From NCBI RefSeq assembly GCF_006345805.1, contig NC_043008.1:6262001-6326000 (forward strand): a stretch of 64,000 nt of DNA. The letters are read 5' to 3'. The DNA comes from Octopus sinensis (lineage: Eukaryota). Of the stretch, positions 1 through 12,324 are shown one piece after another (position 1 is the stretch's first letter; the number at the start of each line of letters is the position of its first letter). The notes below the pieces were generated by a model. The model saw only the letters and a program-made list of their open reading frames with translations, did not search any database and had not been told where the DNA came from. A program made the translations under genes and the position numbers.

Positions 1-84
1 AGCTATTCTATAAGGAAAAGCAATTCAGATGTGACCATCTAGAAAAAAAAACAAAAAACAACTGGTGCCCCCCACCTCAGCTAC

Positions 85-215
85 AATGATGAGGGTTCCG
101 GCTAATCCAAAGAACGGAACAGCTTGCTCGTGAAATTAATGTGCAAGTGGCTGAGGACTCCACAGACATGCATACCCTTAATGGAGTTCTCGGGGAGATT
201 CAGCATGACACAGAA
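85..215 (-). mobile_element. tRNA-SINE family A, 3' fragment
   Basis: Reverse complement of the body at 42330-42490; aligns directly with 23785-23945. Confidence 0.65.
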
Positions 216-264
216 TTAGACCTGACCAAAGTCAACAGAACAACAATAACAACAGAACAACATC

Positions 265-406
265 TGTCATACATTATTTACATTTGACGGATATTTGTCC
301 TCATCTTGTTTGTTGTTAACACGTTTTGGCTGATATACCTTCCAACCTTCATCAGGTGTCTTGGGGAAATTTGGGACCTGGGTTCTCATCCTAAGGTATT
401 TTTCGA

Positions 407-445
<39 letters not shown>

Positions 446-891
446 CATTGAGTGAGAGAGCAGTGCATGCCATCAAAGTGACACTGGGGTAAAATATACG
501 AAGCCCAGTATGACCATCATGACTACTCGTCTGATAAGGGTACACCAGGCACATGCATCACAACCATATGTGCGCGACATGGTGATCTCATATCAAGATA
601 AACAGCACATGACCTTACAGGTGGGGCCCAGTTAGAATTTTCTTCAGGTCGAGTAACCCATCCCGCTCAAAAGGTCCCTGAAGAAGGCTTGTTTAAGGAT
701 GTTGAACGAAACATCCATGTTTCCAGAGGTGAATTATTCAAACCCCAAAGAATCCCTCTCAACACATGGCTATGATGCTCCTCCACAACTTCTGCTCTTG
801 ATCAGAGATGTACATATCGTCAGCCACTGAGGGACATGCTCAACTGGTTACGGTCAAACAACTGACAAGCAAATCTGTAGTATTGAGCAGA

Positions 892-940
<49 letters not shown>

Positions 941-1011
941 TCACTGCTTGGAATCAAACTCGGAATCTTGGGGTTAGTAGCCTGTGTTCTTAACCACCAT
1001 GTCATATACCC
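265..1011 (-). mobile_element. HHR-SINE (tRNA-like head + (AAT)n spacer + hammerhead-like 3' part), interrupted at 449-893
   Basis: Head with A/B-box-like motifs at 935-1011, spacer, body and decayed HHR at 318-360; same layout as 60821-61110. Confidence 0.8.
449..893 (-). mobile_element. (AAT)n-embedded non-coding retro-element, 5'-truncated
   Basis: Aligns in reverse with 44070-44525; (ATT)n on both sides. Confidence 0.8.
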
Positions 1012-1013
1012 GT

Positions 1014-1140
1014 GGGCATATAATGCAGACTGGAGGGTATATCAGCCGAAATGTTGTGTTAACTACAAACAAGATGAGGACAGATATCCATCAAATGTAA
1101 ACAATGCACATAATTCCTCATCTCTTAAATATAGATCTGT
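1014..1140 (+). mobile_element. HHR-SINE inverted partner arm (3' part)
   Basis: ctggagggtatatcagccgaaatgttgtgtt...cctcatctcttaaatatag matches 27598-27683 and 61160-61278. Confidence 0.8.
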
Positions 1141-1962
1141 AACATCTGTCATGTATTAATTATATTGAACATGATACTTATTTACTGTGAAGGGACATGG
1201 AAGATCTTGAGAAGTCTGCAAAACAATATCTAAGTTGCAATGTCCAATATTGGCTCTAGACTTGATCTCTTATGCTTCACGTAACTAACTGTAGAGCATG
1301 TGGGTGCGTATTTGTGTATATTAGTGGCTGTGTTTGTAAGTGTCTGTGTGTATTTGTCAGTGTCTGTGTGTGTTAGTAAGTGTGTGTGTGTGTATGCATG
1401 TCTGTGTGTTTGTGATGTTTGCCAATGCAAAGAGAGAGGCTATTAACCATCTTTATTTATAAATACCAGTTAGTAAATCTCCGTGGTTATATTTTAAAGT
1501 TCAGTGTGTAAGTTTTAGCAAGAACATACATATCGACAAAAAACCACTGAACTTTAATGTTACAATGTATCTATAATAATACAGCAGATTCTCGCAAACT
1601 TATAAAACAATATCAAAAAAAGAAAACGAATTATAAAAAAAAAACCCCACAAAAAAACAAGCAAAAGCTACTGGAACAGTGTTTAGAAAAGGCAGAATGT
1701 TGTTGATAATGATCGACTGGTATTTATATGTCAACATTCTAGTTTCAGAAGAAACCTTCTATGAGAGTTATTAAGTTTAGAGTAAAGCATAAGGAAAGCA
1801 GAGTATTATCTACCTGGGAAAGCAGTGACGTTGCTGTTGTTGTTGTTGCTGCTGTTGTTGTTATTGGTGGTGGTGGTGGTGGTGGTGGTGGTGTTGGTGG
1901 TGGTGATTAAAGTCTTAACATTATTTAGATCCCATTATCGTCATGCAACAGTACACATACAC

Positions 1963-2000
1963 ACACACGTATATATATTTATATATGTATGTATATATAT

Positions 2001-2032
<32 letters not shown>

Positions 2033-2042
2033 CATGTGTATG

Positions 2043-2111
<69 letters not shown>

Positions 2112-2140
2112 ATATGTATATATATATATAATATATATAT

Positions 2141-2174
<34 letters not shown>

Positions 2175-2290
2175 ATGTATATATATATATGTATATATAT
2201 ATATACATGCACATGTATATATATGTATATATATGTATATATATACACAAACACGTATATATATATATTATATATGTATGTATGTATATG
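1963..2290. repeat. (TA)n/(TG)n microsatellite
   Basis: Direct inspection. Confidence 0.95.
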
Positions 2291-3330
2291 CACACACAGA
2301 GACAAATACAGTTTATGAATATACAAATGAAGGAAAAGTGAGATAGTCTCAGCAGAGATTAGATACAGGAGAAGTAAAAATAAAAAAAAACAAAACAAAA
2401 CAAAACAAACAAAAAAAGAGACTTAGTTGTTGGAAAAAGTGAGATAAAGAGTGAATCTAAGAGTGAGAGAGAGAGAGGGGGAGGGTAGAGTAGTGGATGG
2501 GGGTGGGGGTGGGGGAGAGAGAGAGAAAAGGCAGTGACTGTAAAAATTGTCAGAAAATATCTATTTCTAATCCCAACAAGTAATAAATCCTGTCTCTGGT
2601 GGAATGCGGATTAATCAAAAGGTATTTTTGGTCAAGTTTCTTCCTTTTCCGAAGCAACGCAACACTTGTTTTTCTTTTTGCCAAGTGCACCTAGCCCCTC
2701 TCTGCCACCCCATTCCCCTCCTTACCACTGTCCCACTCACACACACACACACACATACAATATCATCTTTAGCTGTTGTCTCACTCTATCCTCCATTTCT
2801 TCTTCCTCTCCTTCACTCCACCCACCCCCCGTCACCATCATCATCATCATCATCATCGGCAACGCTGATGCCAACCTGACCACACTAACCACTATCCTTA
2901 GCCATCAGCTTGTTGCTTTAAGTAATTACAACGGCTGAAGTTGTCATGTTATCATGGAAGAAGTTTTCCAGCAGCTTAGCCGAAATGGAGAGATTTGCTT
3001 TACATCAATATTTACACAATGTTTCGGAGGTTCAGTAATTGATGCGTGCTTAACATACTGGGACATGTGTTTCTTTTCAGATGCTGATGAGGAAGTGTAG
3101 CAGAACAAGGCTGGGCATTGCTGTGTAGAATGTTGTTAGAATAAGCTTCCTTCAAACACCGTCGAGCAGTGGTTTCCAGACTTTTTCAGGCTGCTGCCCT
3201 CTTCGAACCAGGCCACATTCCTACCACCCTACCTCAGCATCACCACCACAACCATAGACCACTTTCTGCAGCAAATATAAAACAACTGTATTTCACAAAT
3301 AAAACTTAATTTAATCCATTATTTGGGGTT

Positions 3331-3523
3331 GTCACCACAACATTGCTTGACAACCGATGCTGGTGTGCTTATGTTCCCATAACTTAGCGGTTCGGCAAAA
3401 GATACCAATGGAATAAGTACTAGACTTACAAAGAATAAGTACCAGGGTCAATTTGCTTGACTAAAATGGGTGCTCCAGCATGGCCGCAGTCAAATGACTG
3501 AAATAAGTAAAAGAATAAAAGAG
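3331..3523 (+). mobile_element. tRNA-SINE family B, 3' half
   Basis: Matches the 3' half of 3575-4038. Confidence 0.8.
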
Positions 3524-3574
3524 TGCCTAGGGGACCTGCTTATCAGTGGAGGAGGTCGTACAGAAAGTGTAATT

Positions 3575-3757
3575 GCAGTGGCTGTGTGGTAAGTAGCTTG
3601 CTTACCAACCACATGGTCCCAGGTTCAGTCCCACTGCATGGCACCTTGGGCAAGTGTATTCTACTATAGCCTTGAGCCAACCAAAGCCTTGTGAGTGGAT
3701 TTGGTAGACGGAAACTGAAAGAAGCTTGTCGTATATATGTATGTGTATATATATATT

Positions 3758-3818
<61 letters not shown>

Positions 3819-4038
3819 GTGTGTATATGTTTGTGTGTCTGTGTTTGTCCCCCAACATCGCTTGACAACCGATGCTGGTGTGTTTATATGCCCGTAACTT
3901 AGCGGTTAGGCAAAAGAGACGGATAGAATAAGTACTAGGCTTACAAAGAATAAGTCCTGGGGTCGATTTACTCGACTAAAGGCGGTGCTCCAGCATGGCC
4001 AGATTCAAATGACTGAAACAAGTAAAAGAGTAAAAGAG
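3575..4038 (+). mobile_element. tRNA-SINE family B, full length, with internal (TA)n
   Basis: A-box-like gtggctgtgtggtaag, B-box-like ggttcagtccc, CORE-like accttgggcaagtg; about 10 copies in the window. Confidence 0.85.
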
Positions 4039-4500
4039 CTAGAATAAGAAGAGGTTGGAGAAAGTTCAAAGAGCTTTTTAATTCTGTTGGCAAACAAATG
4101 TCCTTGTCTTTCTTAGTGAAAGGAAAATTGCATGATGCATGGGTACAAACTGCAATGCTACATGGGAGCAAGACATGGAGGACCCTGAGTGCAGATGACA
4201 TGTGAAGACTTGAGAGAATGAAATTAGTATGCTCCACTGGATGAGCAACGTCAGTGTACATATGCACCAAGGTACCAGTGTATTGGGGGTGGGGGAGTTT
4301 GGCATAAGAGGACTTATATGCCATGTGCAAGAGACTGCACTGGTTTGATTACGTGATGCAGATGGATGAGGACAGTTGCATAAAGATGCACAATCACTTA
4401 AAGTGGATGGAAGTTGTGGAAGAGGGAAACCGAGGAAGATGTGAGACAAAGTATTGAAGGCTGTTCTCAAAACACTGAGCCTTATGAGTGAGATATGTGG
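4038..4500 (+). pseudogene. Degraded RTE-clade LINE ORF C-terminus
   Basis: Frameshifted translation ARIRRGWRKFKEL..KGKLHDAWVQTAMLHGSKTW..RLER..MLHWM..LHWFDYVMQM..GSCGRGKPRK is typical of the RTE post-RT region. Confidence 0.8.
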
Positions 4501-4936
4501 GGCATTGTTGTACTCAGGATAACCTGACCATCACAACGAAACTGATGTCATAAAAACCAAGGTGCGACGTAAAAATCATTGGTGTTGGGGCCATGTAAAA
4601 CCACTGGTACTGGTGCCATATAAAAGCACTAATGATAGTGCCACATAAAAAGCACTGGTATCGGTGCCATATAAAAGCACTGGTGCTGCTGTGATGTAAA
4701 AAGCACTTGTGATGGTGCCACATAAAAAAAACTGGTGATGGTGCCATGTAAAAAGCATCCAGTACACTTTGTAAAATGGTTGGCATTAGGAAGGGCATCC
4801 AGCTGTAGAAACCATGCCAAAACAGACCATTGGAGCCTGGTGAAATCCCAGCCCTTACCAGTTTCTGCCAAGCTGTCTAACTCATGCCGGCATGGAAAAA
4901 TGGATGTTAAATGACAACAATGACGATGATGATGAT
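4501..4936 (+). mobile_element. RTE LINE 3' UTR with (GAT)n tail
   Basis: Internal ggtgcca..taaaaagcac repeats, ggcattaggaagggcatccagctgtagaa, gttaaa-gatgat tail; contiguous with the RTE ORF remnant. Confidence 0.8.
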
Positions 4937-5179
4937 CTTCTCTACTAATTAGCCACATAGAATGCAACGAGAGAGTATAAACTATGTAATATAAGTATAT
5001 CGCATAATATAATGATATATAAACTAAAATAAACGTATTGACTATTGGTGTTTCATTGACAGAGACAGTTCTAGAAGCCATTTACACTGGATAACCATAA
5101 AGAAACCATTGAAAGATTATGTTTATGTTATTACTTTCACCGCCAGATTTATTGGAAGATTTCGGCTGACAAAATCTTC

Positions 5180-5330
5180 CTACAGCAGCATTCTAACCAA
5201 TGTGGGTTTGGGTTCAGTCCTGCTGCAAGACATCTCAGACAACAAGGATATTCTACTATCGGCTGCAGGCTAACCAAAGCCTTGTCACTGGATTTGGCAG
5301 ACAGAAACTGAAAGAACCTCATTGTATGTG
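5180..5330 (+). mobile_element. SINE family B, decayed 5' half
   Basis: Aligns to 3590-3730. Confidence 0.65.
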
Positions 5331-5370
5331 TGTGTGTTTGTGTGTGCGTGTGTGTATACGTATGTATATA

Positions 5371-5514
5371 TATTGCCCGAGGAACAGGAATGTGAAACTC
5401 TGAGTAACAGCTTTTGTTATATTTCTGCTGCTTTTAAATAAAGCATATTACTCTACCTCTGGTATTTGAGTACTCTTTTTTCCACCTTGTTTCACATTAA
5501 TGTGCTTACTCCGG
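5371..5514 (+). mobile_element. Small element with hammerhead-like motif (family 3)
   Basis: ccgagga-aca/ggaa/tgt-gaaa-ctctgagta at 5377-5406; next to (TA)n. Confidence 0.5.
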
Positions 5515-5525
5515 TATATATATAT

Positions 5526-5563
<38 letters not shown>

Positions 5564-6559
5564 AGTTTATATATAATAGTGTATAAACAATTTATGCATT
5601 TGTACACGAATGAGGTGACCTTTGACAGGACACCTTACATGCTAGAAAGGGCAGTTAAAGCCGAAACCACGAATAAGAGTAATTTGAAAGGGAATGCAAA
5701 ATAAAAAAATATTTTTGTAGTGTATAAGTTTATATATATATAATGATCGTGATGATGATGATGATGATATATAATGATGGAGAAGGAGGTAGCGATGATG
5801 ATGATGATGGTGATAATGATACTAATCCTAATGATGGTGATGATGAAAACGACAACGCCGACAGCAATGCTCTCCCCCATCCAGCTTGTTTATTCCTAGC
5901 GGGGGCGGGGGGGGGGGTTAGGTAACGAGTTGTCAAGAGTTGAAGTATCTCTGACAACACAATGCAAAAACGAAAGTGATCAACCGTCAAGGGCTGGCAA
6001 CGTGTCAAGCAATCAAACACCTCCTTCAATTGACCCAGAACCCTATTGAATAGTTCTGCAGTAATTCCACTTAGCCATATAATTCTGCTGATTGCTCATT
6101 AGTATACACCATCTGCCAGACATATCTGAAGAGAGACTGGAAGGACCAATTAACCTCTTCTTAGGATTTTGACTAATCATACGTTCACACCATCAGTTCA
6201 CGAACGAGGACGCATCTGCCTTTATAAATATATCTTGTTGCAGTTTTCAAACATTTATGATTTCATTAATTTCATTTTCTTATCATAACACTGATAATCG
6301 TTAGAATGACTTGCAGCATTTTGGTAACTAAGGAAAAAAAAAGCAAAAAAAAAAGCAACAGCAACAACAGCAACAACACGTCTTTAATACAGCGTCGTCA
6401 TTTCTTTGATAGTCTCTAAGACGGTATATACGCAATACTGTTAAAGAAATCTTAAAGCTTGAAAGATAACATTTATTTACAAAAGTATTCCTTGTGAAGT
6501 TTGTAACCTATAAGAAGAAGAAGAAGAAGCTCGCAAAAACAGTCTAGAGTGATGCAAAT

Positions 6560-6925
6560 CTTCTATGCCTCTGCCTCCTCCCCCTCCTCTTCCTCCTCTC
6601 CTCCTCCTCCGCCTCCGCCACTCCTTTCCGTCTCTGCTTCTTTCTCCGCCTCCGCTTCTGCCTGTGCATCCGCCTCCACTGCCTCCTCCACCTCTGGCTC
6701 TACTTCCACCTCTGCCTCTTCTTGTTCCCCCTCCTCCTCTTCCTCCTATCCTCCCTCTCTCCTCCTCTTTGTCTCCTTTGCCACCCTGTCTCCTCCTCCT
6801 CGTCTCCGTTGCCACCCTGTCTCCTCCTCTTCATCCACTCCTTCTCTCCAGTCTCCTCCTTCCCGTCTTCTCCCCCTCCCCCGTCTGCTCTCCCACCCCA
6901 TCTCCTCCCTCTTCATCTCCTCCTC
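6560..6925. repeat. CT-rich low-complexity (CCT)n tract
   Basis: Direct inspection; explains the poly-P/S/G ORFs. Confidence 0.9.
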
Positions 6926-6958
6926 CAACTACAACTGTTCACCCAAAGATAATCTCAT

Positions 6959-6993
<35 letters not shown>

Positions 6994-7134
6994 CTCTCTC
7001 TCACACACACACACACAAATACACACAGAAATGTTTTTATTAACTGCTGCTAAAACTAATACGAAATGCCCCTTTGGCGCACCACACACAAGTCATTCTT
7101 CATGACACACACACACAAACACACACACACACAC

Positions 7135-7169
<35 letters not shown>

Positions 7170-7779
7170 GATTTAAAAAGCAACATGCATACATTTCTGC
7201 AAAACTGTTCCCGGCTCTGTGAGCTTCCCCCTTTTACAGTCATGGCTGACATCAGTAACAGCTCCACCAATACCTACATCTACATTTCTAATTCATGTGT
7301 GGCTTATTTCGAAAGACAGCAGAATTCTTTTCATTTCACTTGGTCTTAGCATTTTAATCTGGATATGTTGCTAATGCCAAAGAAAATCTCTCAACCAACT
7401 TCATGAAATGATTAAAAGAACACTGGTCTGGAACTCACCCCAAAACATCTAGCCCCTTAAAAGCTAGATCCTTGGTATCATTACCTCTCTGTTCCATACA
7501 GAGATTGCTACAAATGTCTTTGTAATGATGAAGAATTTATACGAAAGCGCTGTGGACAAAGATTGAGTGTCCAAAGAATGTTATAGGAGACCAAGAAAAG
7601 AGAAGACAGTTAGGGCTTTTCCTTTTACAAGACAATATCACGCGATATGTATGTGGTATCCAGACTGATATCAGCATTTGGGATACTTGATTGAATCTGT
7701 GGCAGACATCGGCTTAATTAACATTGAAGCCCTCAGGATCCTAGCATCAGCTTCAGACTTTCAGAGAAATACTAGAAAG

Positions 7780-7935
7780 CATGGCTGTGTGGTAAGAAGC
7801 TTGCTTCCCAACCACATGGTTCCAGGTTCAGTCTCACTGCATGGCACCTTGGGCATGCGTTTTTACTATTGCCTTGGGCCAACCAAAGCCTTGTGAGTGG
7901 ATTTGGTACTTGGAAACTGAAAGATGCCTGTCATA
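7780..7935 (+). mobile_element. SINE family B, 5' half
   Basis: Matches 3575-3735. Confidence 0.8.
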
Positions 7936-7964
7936 TATATATATAGATATATATAAAAATGATA

Positions 7965-8237
7965 AACGCTGCCCTTTTCAAGCCTAGCCAGCCTCATGGG
8001 TCCGGTTTCTGTGGTGCATGTGTTCCCTATCGCAGCGTTACTCAAGAAACAGGAAGAGAGAGTGAGAGAAGGTTGTGGTGAAAGAGTACAACAGGGGTCA
8101 CCACCATCCCCTGCCAGAGCCTTGTTGAGCTTTTAGGTGTTTTTGCTCAAACACACACAACACCCCGTCTGGGAATCAAAACTGCGATCCTCCGACTGCG
8201 AGTCCGCTGCCCTAACCACTGGGCCATTGCGCCTCCA
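7965..8237 (-). mobile_element. tRNA-SINE family E
   Basis: Reverse-strand head (gcgcaatggcccagtggttagg..gttttgattccc); homologous to 49700-50015 and 23945-24135. Confidence 0.75.
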
Positions 8238-8241
8238 TACA

Positions 8242-8278
<37 letters not shown>

Positions 8279-8290
8279 TACATACATACA

Positions 8291-8380
8291 TACAGGGTGC
8301 GATGTGTAAATTGTTGCCATTTTATATTTTTAATTTTATGCATGCGTGAAGTTTGTTTTTGATTTTGTTGACTACACAGT
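8291..8380 (+). mobile_element. Possible Tc1/mariner terminal fragment
   Basis: TA-CAGGGTG start typical of Tc1/mariner TIRs; no partner TIR found. Confidence 0.35.
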
Positions 8381-8404
8381 AATAATAGGGTCAGTTGGGC
8401 ACGA

Positions 8405-8890
8405 TCTGTGTGAAAATTCCAAGTAGGTGAAGTTGGGAGAAGGAGGGGCAGAAGGAAAGGAAGGACTTCCTGGAAAATTCCAAGGAGGGGGAGTTGAGAG
8501 AAGGAAGGACATCCTGAAAAGTTTCAAAGAGGGAGGAAGGACTTCCTGGAAAATTCCAAGAAGGGGAGTTGAGAGGGGGAAGGGGAAGAAGGACTTCTTG
8601 GAAAATTCCAAGAATAGGAGTTGAAAGGAGAAATGGGAAGAAGGGGAAGAATGACTTCCTGGAAAGTTCCAAGGGGGAGAATGGAGAGGATGGGGCGAAA
8701 GGGGAGAAAGCACTTTTTGGAAAATTCCAAGGAGTGGGGTTGGGAGGGGGAAGGGGAGGACGGACTTCCTGGAAAATTCTGAGCGGGAGCTGAGAGAGGG
8801 AAGGAGAAGAATGACTTCCTTGAAAATTCCAAGGTGGGGGGGTTGAGAGGGGGAAGGGGAGAAAGGACTTCCTGGAAAATTCTAATTAGG
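8405..8890. repeat. Purine-rich minisatellite, about 10 units of about 50-60 bp
   Basis: Recurring ggacttcctggaaaattccaag...gagttgagagg. Confidence 0.9.
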
Positions 8891-9334
8891 GGGAGTTGAG
8901 ACTTGGAGGAGAAATACTCAGTGTATCTTAAAAATGTAATGCATGGATAGGTTCCCTAGAAACAATTCTTGAAGTAATACCATTATCCTGTCTTTGACAC
9001 ATGACTTTTATATCACATCACATCTTGAAGGTAATCTTTTTGAAATCTGAAAGTAGGTGATAGCTACACAATATCAAATGAACAAATCAGATAATAAGAC
9101 CCTTAAATTCACAAGACACAGCTGTAAACCTTGATTATGTAATTTTTCTGTGGAGATCATGCAACATGTAATCAGAAATCCCCCCCGCCCCCAGGACATG
9201 TCACTGATGTAACACCATCCTCTATGACAGGATGATGTTGTCATTTAAACAATATACAACGGCATCCATGGAAAAGATTCGTGTGGCATAAATATAAACA
9301 GCACACTCATGCTATTGAATATATATATATATAT

Positions 9335-9602
9335 ATCTGTAAAATAATATGTGACAATTATTCGGTAGCCAAGATAAAACTCTGAGTTTCGGATGCCAAG
9401 GTGGAAATCCACACCACCATCTCTTCTGAAAAACCAGATAACCGAAGAGATGGTGGTGTGGATTTCCACTTCGGCATCCGAAACTCAGAGTTTTATCTTG
9501 GCTACTGAATAATTGTCACATATTATATTTACAGATAAATTTCCTCTATTTACATAATATCGAGGTCTCTTTCTTTCTTTTGTTATCTTACCGTTTTTAC
9601 CA
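9335..9602. mobile_element. Palindromic hammerhead-bearing element (family 2)
   Basis: Arms 9335-9426 and 9444-9536 are near-perfect reverse complements; (TA)n on both sides. Confidence 0.8.
9434..9501 (+). ncRNA. Type I hammerhead ribozyme motif (U4C variant)
   Basis: Stem I agataa/ttatct, core CCGAAGA, stem II gatg/catc, GAAA, stem III actc-a-gagt, triplet GUU. Confidence 0.65.
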
Positions 9603-9715
9603 ATATATATATATAATAGTAATGCAATACGAGAGTGAAGCTATACATTAGCGTTGTATTTATTACGTTCGCTATTTTCCAGTAAATATCGGTGCTTCGT
9701 TGTGCCATTTATTTA

Positions 9716-9750
<35 letters not shown>

Positions 9751-10237
9751 ACACAGCACATGTCCTATCATACACAAAAACACACATACACATGCCCTCT
9801 CTTTCTCTCACTCGCTCACCAAAAGCATACCCCTTTAAAATAGATAATTTAAATAAAAAAAACAATCACCAGCAGAATTTAGGACTAGAGAGAAAATTTC
9901 GCAAGAAACCATGAAAGCAATCTAAAGGTAAAAAAAATCTAATTAATAAATAGATATTTGAAGTCTTGAATGAAATGTATTTTCTTAAGGAAAACCTTTA
10001 AGTGAATCAATGTAGAGCACCATTTGTCTCCTCTTAATGAATTAGAGTGGAGTAGTTCTTTAGAATGGAAATCGTATAATGTTGTGTTATAGATTAAGGG
10101 CATAAAAATATTTAAGCTGAAATCATTTTATGATGACAGAAATAATGAATGAAAACATGTCTTCACTTTCAAAATGCTAAGATATTATTCACACGCTCAC
10201 AGATCAACACACACACACCTACACAAAGATCTACACA

Positions 10238-10286
<49 letters not shown>

Positions 10287-10689
10287 CATATACACACAAA
10301 GATTAACATACAGAAAACTATATATATAGAGAGAGAGAGAGACTCATCAAAAAGACAAAGTATGCTGACTCAGAAAAACGCAGACATAACGTCTTTTGTG
10401 CACACATATACACACCCACATACATATGTACATACATTCATACATTCATATATACACACATATCTTGAAATAAAACTGAATATTGGCATACGCATGCAGA
10501 AGTGCAAGGGAAGAAACGTAGATGTATCAAATGCATTGCAAACGTAAGCATCAATTCAATCTGAATATAATATGCAAATGTATGCATATCTATAAAGAAT
10601 AAAACCATAGATAAAGTACACACACAAAAAAAACAAACAAACACTTACATAGGAATTACGTAGTTCCTACTGACAGAAATACATGCTGC

Positions 10690-10690
10690 T

Positions 10691-10725
<35 letters not shown>

Positions 10726-10861
10726 CATATATATACATACTCTCTCTCTCTATATATATATCTATATATATCTATCTATATATATATATATGTATTTATA
10801 TATATATATATATATATAATATATATATTATATATATATATATATAATATATATATTATAT

Positions 10862-10904
<43 letters not shown>

Positions 10905-10934
10905 TATATACATATATATATACATACTATATAC

Positions 10935-10979
<45 letters not shown>

Positions 10980-11095
10980 TTATATATATATATACATATA
11001 TAGATACTATATATATTATATATATATATATATGGTGTGTGTGTGTGTGTGTGTGTGTGTGCTGCCATATATAAATATAGATATATAGATATATA
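10690..11095. repeat. (TA)n/(TG)n microsatellite
   Basis: Direct inspection. Confidence 0.95.
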
Positions 11096-11870
11096 CACAG
11101 CAGCAGCAGCAGTAGCAACAGCAGCAACACTCACTCGCGTGACTACATATTATTTGATATGCGCACACAGAATACAATGCAACACACACAAAGCAGGCTG
11201 CAGTAAACAAAGCTCAGAATAAACTCAAGTTTGAGAAGCGATCTGAAGGCTAAAGCTTTCCAGACTCAGTCACTTCTTACTTAAGCTATCTTAGAAGTCA
11301 CTGACTTGGAAATAGTAATTCCGAAAGACTTGATCATATTCATATTGACATAGAGAACCTGTACAGACTTTGGAATTTTTCTATTTATAAACTCGCAAGA
11401 GTCTGCTGATTTCTTAACTTTGTCAATCACTAGAATTTGTTTCTCTAAGAATGATTTCTTGAAGTCTTTACTATTTTGAGGAAAATCTCTCAACCCGAGG
11501 TTGTATTGATTCGAAGTAGAAATAAATATTAGAATGGTTAGATGTCTTCTAGTTTTTCCTTTGTTCTTCTTTATTGTCATCAATTTTAAAGTTAGTAAAT
11601 ATGTTTGTTGGTATGTTTGGATAGATGTAATTAATTCCAAGCAAACAGATCTGTCCAATGAAGACAATCAACAGATTCAACTAACCACTTGTATAGTACC
11701 TGTTGCATTCCCTGATAGAAATTTAAACATTATTGGAACCACAGAATCTTAATAATTAGTTGATTCAATAAATTAAAACTGATGATCAATGATTCCAAGG
11801 TTTGGGTCTAAAACCGTATTTTGCCCACGACAAAGATGGCTAACTGTAAAATAGTTACCATGTTGAAATA

Positions 11871-12324
11871 CCCTTTGGTGTTTAACCCTTTCATTACTGT
11901 ATTTATTTTGAAATGCTCTGTGTTTCATTCAATTAATTTTAAATATAACAAAGAATTTAGTAAAAGAACTTAGTTATCATTAAGCTTGTATTAGGAACAT
12001 AAATTGTGACGAAGGTTTGGCGGAAGATTTTAATTCAAAACTTATGAAAGTAAGACATTTGTACTACAGAACAGAGGCGGTTTTTGCTGGGCTGGTATCA
12101 AAAGGGTTAAACCAGCCATATTTGGCTCAAATATTCTCGCTATTTTATACTCAGACTAGCAAGATTCTGCTTCTTACACTTACCCTAAAATGCCATTCTA
12201 AAACTGAAGAAACACACCATGAAAATCTCAAAGCCACACGATATATTATTAATGCATAATTAATTTCAAAACAATGCAAATAAACAAGTATTACATTTGA
12301 CTGAGGAATCTGAATGCTAAAGGG
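11871..12324. mobile_element. piggyBac-like MITE type 2 (host), split by a MITE1 insertion
   Basis: Decayed CCCTTT start at 11871, AATGCTAAAGGG end at 12324; body is the reverse complement of 33607-34299. Confidence 0.65.
11886..12106. mobile_element. piggyBac-like MITE type 1
   Basis: TTAA-CCCTTT...AAAGGG-TTAA; reverse complement of 41379-41598. Confidence 0.85.

Noticed and set aside
3081-3110. ctgatga as a hammerhead core
   Set aside because: No stem II or GAAA partner downstream.
6477-7053. Pro/Ser/Gly-rich ORFs
   Set aside because: They come from (CCT)n low-complexity DNA; open in several frames on both strands.
11281-11667. 128-aa minus-strand ORF with a gtaag just after it
   Set aside because: No recognisable domain. 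The stop lies immediately before the donor-like site and the other frames are closed there. A homology search would be needed.
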